From an uncultured Poribacteria bacterium (GTDB taxonomy: Bacteria > Poribacteria > WGA-4E > WGA-3G): a stretch of DNA of 64,000 bases. Under the pieces are notes generated by a model that was given only the letters and a program-made list of their open reading frames with translations, searched no databases and was not told where the DNA came from. Shown here in pieces: positions 58,105 through 64,000 of this stretch. The DNA lies in NCBI GenBank assembly GCA_951813565.1, contig OX638351.1:4128001-4192000 (forward strand), read 5' to 3'. The position numbers and the translations under genes were made by a program. Each line of letters starts with the position of its first letter. Position 1 is the stretch's first letter.

Positions 58105-59079
58105 CTATTGGAAAGAGACACCCAATTTGACACTCCGTTCAGGATGATTGTCCATCTCTATGTAAGCCTCAACAGAATCTTCAAACGGCACAACTGGATC
58201 AACAACATCTTCACATTCAAATCGTCCTTCAACAAGCCACTTCCAACAAGTATTGATGATACGCCGGAAATCCCAACGTGGATGATCGCGATTGGGATCG
58301 CTGTTGGCGCGTGCAAAGATGATGTTCGGAATATTGACATGCGCGACAGCACCGAGGTCAAGCCCGCCAGTACATTCTTTCGCTCGTCCTGCGTAGACGA
58401 TTGTTCCTTCAAAAGTGACGCTGCGAAGTGCATCATCAAGTGCTTTGTAAACTGCACTTGTTTCTACAGCCACATCAACGCCAAGCCCACCGGTCGCTTC
58501 TTTGAGGACTTCTCCGACATTGCAGGCAGTTGGGTCAATGACAAGTTCCGCTCCAGTCTTTTCAGCAACTTTCCGCCGTCTTTCCAGCGGGTCTACGGCA
58601 GCGATGAAGTCAGCTCCAGCGATTCGCGCCATCTGCACTGTCATCAACCCAATAGCACCAAGCCCAAAGACAGCAACACGCTCGCCAACGCGGACTTTTC
58701 CATCACGAATTGCGGACATTGCAAAGTGCGCTGGATCATAACAGACTGCCTCTTTCCACGTCATCTGGTCTGGCATCTTGAGGACACTGCCCGCGCGCCA
58801 CGTGTGCGTCTCTTTGAGATGTCCGTGGTTAGCAACGCGTTCGCCTATCTCAAAGGCTTCCACATCATCGCCGATTTCAGTAATTCTTCCGACGCACATA
58901 TTCCCAAGTCTCAGTGGAAATTTTGGGTTGTTGTATCCGTAGTATGCTGTCAGTTCGGTGCCGCGTTTGGGCGCACCGAATTCAACTTGGACACGAACAC
59001 TGTCTGCGGGAACGGGACCATCTTCATATTCTCTTAAAACAGGTTGTCGAGGGGCAACTGCTACTAATTCTTTTGGCAT
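58105..59079 (-). CDS. MDR (zinc-binding alcohol dehydrogenase-like) oxidoreductase
   Basis: Start MPKEL at 59079 after AAGGAG; GTE, VAVFGLGAIG, GVDVAVE. Confidence 0.9.
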   Translation of the reverse strand: MPKELVAVAPRQPVLREYEDGPVPADSVRVQVEFGAPKRGTELTAYYGYNNPKFPLRLGNMCVGRITEIGDDVEAFEIGERVANHGHLKETHTWRAGSVLKMPDQMTWKEAVCYDPAHFAMSAIRDGKVRVGERVAVFGLGAIGLMTVQMARIAGADFIAAVDPLERRRKVAEKTGAELVIDPTACNVGEVLKEATGGLGVDVAVETSAVYKALDDALRSVTFEGTIVYAGRAKECTGGLDLGAVAHVNIPNIIFARANSDPNRDHPRWDFRRIINTCWKWLVEGRFECEDVVDPVVPFEDSVEAYIEMDNHPERSVKLGVSFQ

Positions 59080-59096
59080 TTTTTCTCCTTTAAAAG

Positions 59097-59796
59097 TAGA
59101 GTGCATCTCATAAATCGGAATTTGTTGTTTCACTACGCTCAATCCAAGCCGTAAAATACTAATGCAAATGTCCGAGGCGCAATAAATTGCGCGACTACAA
59201 ACGCGTTTCTACTGAAGTAAACATTTCTTGAAGATCGCGTTTACAAAGCCCTCCCACGATTTATGAGATAGGTTGTAGTAGGCACACGCCGTGTGCCGTA
59301 ACCTTATTCAGGTAAAATGTAAGAGCCTCAATGAATTGCGCGACTACGAACGCGTTTCTTCCTAATTGCGATTCGGATAGATATACAATTATCGGGCTTG
59401 GAAAGCCCTCCCACAAGAATATCTATCACTAAATTGACACCAACGGTACGGTTAGGAAACCGCACCTACCAAGGCTGGAGAACTACTAAATTTGCACCTA
59501 TGGTAGCTAATGCGGAATACCCATAGGTGTAAACTTAAGGATTTTCCGAATATAAAAATGCTCTTCAGTCCCGTGAATCAACGCCAAATAAGCGTTTGGT
59601 ATTTGTCGGGGACGATATGTTGTCGTATCCATCTACCCATCAGAATATGTCGCTCCTACGGAGCTAAATAGGGGTGGTAATACATGGGCTATAAACATAT
59701 CGTCTCTACGAGACTAAATATGGGACAGTCTCAATAATCATGCGTATTTAGAGATGTTTACAATAACACAGATATTTTCTTAAGTTTACACCTATG
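59097..59796. repeat. Cluster of MITEs and REP hairpins
   Basis: TA-bounded element 59097-59277, IS231-like element 59522-59796, several GTAG/GTGG hairpins. Confidence 0.75.
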
Positions 59797-59911
59797 GGTA
59801 GAGCGAAGCGAAACCCAACAATTTAACCGTCTTGAGAGTCCTAAAGAGTTGGGTTTCACTTATTTTTCGGAAATATCGACCTCAAATAGCTCAACAACCT
59901 CTCTTTACGGT

Positions 59912-60163
59912 CAGGGTTATTTAGTTTTCGATTTTTCGGCTATATTTTTCACATTTTAATATAAACTAATACGTATGCAAAGTAGTAGGCACACGGCGTG
60001 TGCCGCACACCCAAAATGTAAAGCGGACGGCACGCGGAGTGTGCCTACTACCTTTAACAACGCTAAGTGATACATAAGGGTAGAGCACAAGCGAAACCCG
60101 ACGGACGATATAAACTAACAGTAATATTCATTAACTGAAAATTCTTAAAACTAAATAACCCTG
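59912..60163. mobile_element. ISAs1-type MITE with exact 9-bp TSD
   Basis: CAGGGTTATTTAGTTTT...AAAACTAAATAACCCTG; TSD CTTTACGGT (59903-59911, 60164-60172). Confidence 0.88.
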
Positions 60164-60288
60164 CTTTACGGTCTGTTTTTATTGTCCATTTCCGTTCTAC
60201 CCCACCGAATGCCGTAGGCGCATTCGGTGTTGATTCCCTACGGGATTTATCAAACTCACGTTATTCTTAAATTGACGGCTATGGGGAT

Positions 60289-60732
60289 TTACATAGAGTA
60301 GTAATAGATTATACCAATAATGATAGACACGACCAATATGACTGCGGCAAAACCGATCCCAATCCATCTACCTACAGTTTTTGCTTTTCCCCTCGCTTCT
60401 TTTTCCCATTGGCGTTCATATTCCAAAGTTTCCTCAACGGTTCCATCAGTCTTATCCTGTTCAATGATTGCAAGGGGGTCTGGCATGCTATAAGTAGAAC
60501 CCGATCCCATTGACCCCATCAAATCTTTATACACCCACTCGGCGTGACGTTTACACACATATTCCCCAAGTGTGATCACAATAGGTTGAATATCTCTATT
60601 CTTGATATAAGGCCGTCTTCCTACAATACGATGTTTATTCTTTAGAGAACCTCTCCTTAGTAAGGATTGTATCTCAATAGACTCAAATTCATTGAGATTA
60701 ACCATCTTACCATCGGTATCTTGGATGTACAT
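60289..60732 (-). CDS. Hypothetical protein with C-terminal TM helix
   Basis: GAGGT RBS; hydrophobic C-terminus. Confidence 0.7.
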   Translation of the reverse strand: MYIQDTDGKMVNLNEFESIEIQSLLRRGSLKNKHRIVGRRPYIKNRDIQPIVITLGEYVCKRHAEWVYKDLMGSMGSGSTYSMPDPLAIIEQDKTDGTVEETLEYERQWEKEARGKAKTVGRWIGIGFAAVILVVSIIIGIIYYYSM

Positions 60733-60823
60733 AATAACCTCACTGTTTTGGGTGCCAACTACGATTTGTGAATATTGTGTTCACAAAGCATGTGCCAGCA
60801 CCTTTAAATTAAAGTAAACATTA

Positions 60824-61749
60824 ACCTAAGTTGCTACCTATAATATACTTTTAATTCCATGGGATTTGCTCTATAATGTTTTTATTCCAACAAAACAAAA
60901 GGAGAAACCCCATGGAATTAACCATTGTAGCAATTTATACGATTTGTGACGATCTTTTAATTTCACTCGGTCATCAAACGCATCCACAAGCACAAATGAC
61001 AGATGCTGAAGTGATGACAACTGCGATTATCGCAGCACAATATTTTGGAGGCAATCATCGAAGAACTTGCTGTGTTCTGAAAACTCTCGGATACATCCCG
61101 AATATGTTAGGACACTCCCGATATAATCGTCCACTTCATCGGATACCTCATTTGTTTCAAATACTTTTTGAGTATTTCGCAGAAGTCTCTAAATCTAATA
61201 ATCCGAATGGTATTTATGCGATTGACACCTATCCCGTTGCTGTATGTGACAACATTCGTATTAGTCGGTGTCGCCTCTATCAAGGTGAAAAGTGGCGTGG
61301 TCCAATCGCAAGTAAACGCCGCCACTTTTATGGTCTCAAAGCGCATCTAATGGTCACTGAAAGTGGACACATTGTTGAAGTTTTCTTCACCCCTGGCAAG
61401 TGGAACGATGTATTAGGAATGCGATATTTCCCATTTGATGTGCCGCAAGGTTCTGTAGTATATGCGGATAAAGCATATTGCAACTACGGTATTGAAGATG
61501 CGCTAAAGGAAGTAGGGATTACTTTCAAACCGCTTCGGAAGAAAAACCTCAAGCGTCAGTTTCCACCTTGGGAAGTTTATCTGCAACACTTTTACAGAAA
61601 ACGGGTTGAAGTGACAAATAGTCTGATTACACAACTATTACCGAAGTCAATACACGCAGTGACTGCGTCAGGTTTTGAGTTGAAACTATTTTTATTTATC
61701 ATCGCAACCAATATAAAACAACTTTATGGCGATAGGTAGCAACTTGGGT
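60824..61749 (+). mobile_element. IS982-family insertion sequence (926 bp)
   Basis: TIRs ACCTAAGTTGCTACCTAT/ATAGGTAGCAACTTGGGT; 9-bp TSD TAAACATTA (60815-60823, 61750-61758). Confidence 0.95.
60912..61739 (+). CDS. IS982-family DDE transposase
   Basis: Start MELTIV after AGGAGA; IDTYPV.VC, FYGLKAH, ND, ADKAY, RKRVE. Confidence 0.93.
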   Translation: MELTIVAIYTICDDLLISLGHQTHPQAQMTDAEVMTTAIIAAQYFGGNHRRTCCVLKTLGYIPNMLGHSRYNRPLHRIPHLFQILFEYFAEVSKSNNPNGIYAIDTYPVAVCDNIRISRCRLYQGEKWRGPIASKRRHFYGLKAHLMVTESGHIVEVFFTPGKWNDVLGMRYFPFDVPQGSVVYADKAYCNYGIEDALKEVGITFKPLRKKNLKRQFPPWEVYLQHFYRKRVEVTNSLITQLLPKSIHAVTASGFELKLFLFIIATNIKQLYGDR

Positions 61750-61755
61750 TAAACA

Positions 61756-63999
61756 TTAATGCGGGATACCTAATTGATGCATCCGACGATGAATCGCCTC
61801 CCGTGCTTCTTGGAAGGGACGAGATAGGTATTCCAGATGATTATCCTCACCGTGATGGTGCGTTACAGTGCCGGGTTCATGATGCCGTGCCGATTGCTGG
61901 ATGTAGGATAATCCACCTTCAATCAAGGTTAGCATATAGTTTGCCGTTTCTGGATCAAACATCCACCACTCACCACCGACAGCAATGTAAATTGGGGAGG
62001 TATGCGCAATGATACCGCGCCGCCATCCATCATGGTGTGGCACTGCTTGTGCATAGTTAGGTCCACCACACCGCGCAGCTATCCACGAATGTTTATCCAC
62101 TTTTAGATTTGCTTTGAGGTGTAGCTGGTGTGATCCATTGTTTTCTTCTGTTGAGGCAACAACTTGTCCTGCTTGCACAATCTGCAAGGTATGGATTGGA
62201 AAGATAGAATCAGCGGATGCCTCTACTTCAACAGTGCCGCCGTTACCGGGTAAGTTTATAGTACTACCTATTGGTCGTCCATTTACAGTAAGACGAATCA
62301 TCGGACCACCACTGAGGAAGGTGTTTCCCGCACTCATGTATTTACACCAATTATCGTAGTTGAATTCCTCGTTTTCTGGGATGTGGACGTACGTTCTATA
62401 GACACCTACAGGCACATCACTTGTCATCTTATCTGTACCGCCGACAAGAGGTAATTTATACCCACAGTTGAGATAGCGATAGTATTCTATATGACCATAC
62501 ATCGCGTTAGTGAGATACTCGACGGCATCAACGCGCCCTGTGGCAATTAACGTTGCAGGTTCGCAATTCGGATTTGGAATATGCGGTAAGACGACGGTGC
62601 CTCCCTGTGCATGACACGCATCTGCCCAGTGTGAAAGCGTTACCTCCATGTTCCCGCCAAGTTCTGCTTCACCCGGTCCATCGGAACACCACGGCGCAAC
62701 TTGTTCCTTTAATCCGAGCAGCGTGAGATGTCCAAGCACATGTTGTCTGTTTTCCTGTGTGGCGTAGACGATACTCCTGCCATCAGCAGACACTGTGGGT
62801 CTTCCGATGAATTCCTCTGTATCGGTAAAGAGATGTCCCCACTGTGAAAGGAGAAGGTTTACTACGCCGAGGTCTTCGCCTTGTGCTTCGGTATGTGCAC
62901 CTTGTGTTGAAAGGAAATGGACATGCGTGTCGCCGCTGAAATAACGTTCAGCATTCATATTGCACCACCGCTTTATCCGTAGCGTCAACTCACGTTGTCC
63001 GGGCTTTATATTTACAGTGGTTCGCAAGGGCGTATATTCAAAACCGCGAGCAACATCAACGATTACATCACCGCGAGGCAACCATCCTTGACATGTTCCA
63101 TCAATATAAGCATAGCTAATCTGTCCCAATCGCACATCGCCACCGATATCTATGTGCCATGTGCCCATGTTTGAGTTGACATGCGCGTGGTGTCCATGCG
63201 GGGCGTACGGCACACCGTGTGGTGAACGAAAATGGATACGGCATGGGACTGGTTTGTTCGTGTCTTCGTCAATCACGGTGGTATGTACCCAGTTTCTGCC
63301 TGTGTCAATGACTTCTACCTTGACATGTTCATTCGGTTGGACAACGCCTTTTTCTTGGAGTTCTCCCCAATTGACCTCGCCAAGCGTTTCACCTTGATTT
63401 TTGACCTCAACGGTTGCAGATGGCGTGGCGGATATCTCTGTGTAGGCAGGGCTGCTTTTGTTGTTTAGAGATTCTCCCCACCCTTTGAAGTCGTCAGTCA
63501 TAAACGCATCGGGTGGATTTTCTGGCAACGGATAGGGATAGGTCGCAGTGCCACGGTCAACATTGACCTCCATGTCAAAGGGTTTGTCAGCATCTTCTGC
63601 TTGTGGGAGTGTGATTTTAACCTCACGGTTGGGATGCCGTGGGATTGGGGCTTCGTCAAGATAACCGAGTGTGATGGCTGCAATAATAAACTTACGTTCT
63701 TGTGGACGAATTTCGATATAGGAAATTTCTTTATCAGGATTAGGATTCTTCCATATATAAAGGTAATAGTTGCGTGGCACACATTGCATCGCCTCTGTTT
63801 GACGATTCCCTGCTGAACCCCACGGTCCTTGATGACGGGCATGCAAACTTTCCTTTGTATCAGGGACAGCAATGAAAGTCTGTTGTCCCCATCCTTGCGG
63901 CACACTGCCAATCTCAAACCGTTCTCGGATTGGGACACTCATTGACATTCCATCTGCATATTGGACAACATAGTTGGCAATCAGTTTTCCGATCGGTTC
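61756..63999 (-). CDS. CehA/McbA-like PHP-fold metallohydrolase (start lies beyond the window)
   Basis: SGDTHVH, QENRQH.LGHL, GGTD, AHTSPIY; frame stays open to the window edge. Confidence 0.85.
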   Translation of the reverse strand, partial: EPIGKLIANYVVQYADGMSMSVPIRERFEIGSVPQGWGQQTFIAVPDTKESLHARHQGPWGSAGNRQTEAMQCVPRNYYLYIWKNPNPDKEISYIEIRPQERKFIIAAITLGYLDEAPIPRHPNREVKITLPQAEDADKPFDMEVNVDRGTATYPYPLPENPPDAFMTDDFKGWGESLNNKSSPAYTEISATPSATVEVKNQGETLGEVNWGELQEKGVVQPNEHVKVEVIDTGRNWVHTTVIDEDTNKPVPCRIHFRSPHGVPYAPHGHHAHVNSNMGTWHIDIGGDVRLGQISYAYIDGTCQGWLPRGDVIVDVARGFEYTPLRTTVNIKPGQRELTLRIKRWCNMNAERYFSGDTHVHFLSTQGAHTEAQGEDLGVVNLLLSQWGHLFTDTEEFIGRPTVSADGRSIVYATQENRQHVLGHLTLLGLKEQVAPWCSDGPGEAELGGNMEVTLSHWADACHAQGGTVVLPHIPNPNCEPATLIATGRVDAVEYLTNAMYGHIEYYRYLNCGYKLPLVGGTDKMTSDVPVGVYRTYVHIPENEEFNYDNWCKYMSAGNTFLSGGPMIRLTVNGRPIGSTINLPGNGGTVEVEASADSIFPIHTLQIVQAGQVVASTEENNGSHQLHLKANLKVDKHSWIAARCGGPNYAQAVPHHDGWRRGIIAHTSPIYIAVGGEWWMFDPETANYMLTLIEGGLSYIQQSARHHEPGTVTHHHGEDNHLEYLSRPFQEAREAIHRRMHQLGIPH

Positions 64000-64000
64000 A

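Noticed and set aside
58099..59037. 312-aa plus-strand ORF
   Set aside because: Antisense shadow of a well-supported dehydrogenase; no RBS or motifs
60782..60798. Fourth sigma54 promoter (minus strand CTGGCACATGCTTTGTG)
   Set aside because: -12 element is GT rather than GC, and the upstream region is replaced by IS982

Overview
A ~42% GC bacterial window. The gene repertoire (secreted WD40/dockerin/FlgD-tail proteins, several PhyH-type dioxygenases, a sulfotransferase, a C-terminal 'TWGxLK' motif protein) strongly suggests a sponge symbiont such as Ca. Poribacteria; this is inference. It holds about 40 CDSs: metabolic enzymes, aspartokinase, GT3-like glycogen synthase and GH13_8-like branching enzyme, an orphan groEL, a PorV-like barrel, a TolC plus MFP pair and an intact IS982 with a 9-bp TSD. 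The intergenic DNA is a nested set of non-autonomous elements: GTAG-type REP hairpins and MITEs with ISAs1-, IS231-, IS256-, IS982- and TA-type ends. Innermost are about 35 copies of a 33-37 bp 'AATCAAC + covarying hairpin' unit that inserts into REP loops, into itself and in tandem arrays. Other highlights: a candidate sigma54-dependent structured sRNA divergent from a broken NtrC-family activator gene, which is interrupted by a non-coding IS200/IS605 (TnpB omega-RNA-like) element; and two sigma54 promoters with the same tandem upstream operator, driving secreted beta-propeller genes. No rRNA, tRNA or true CRISPR array was seen.
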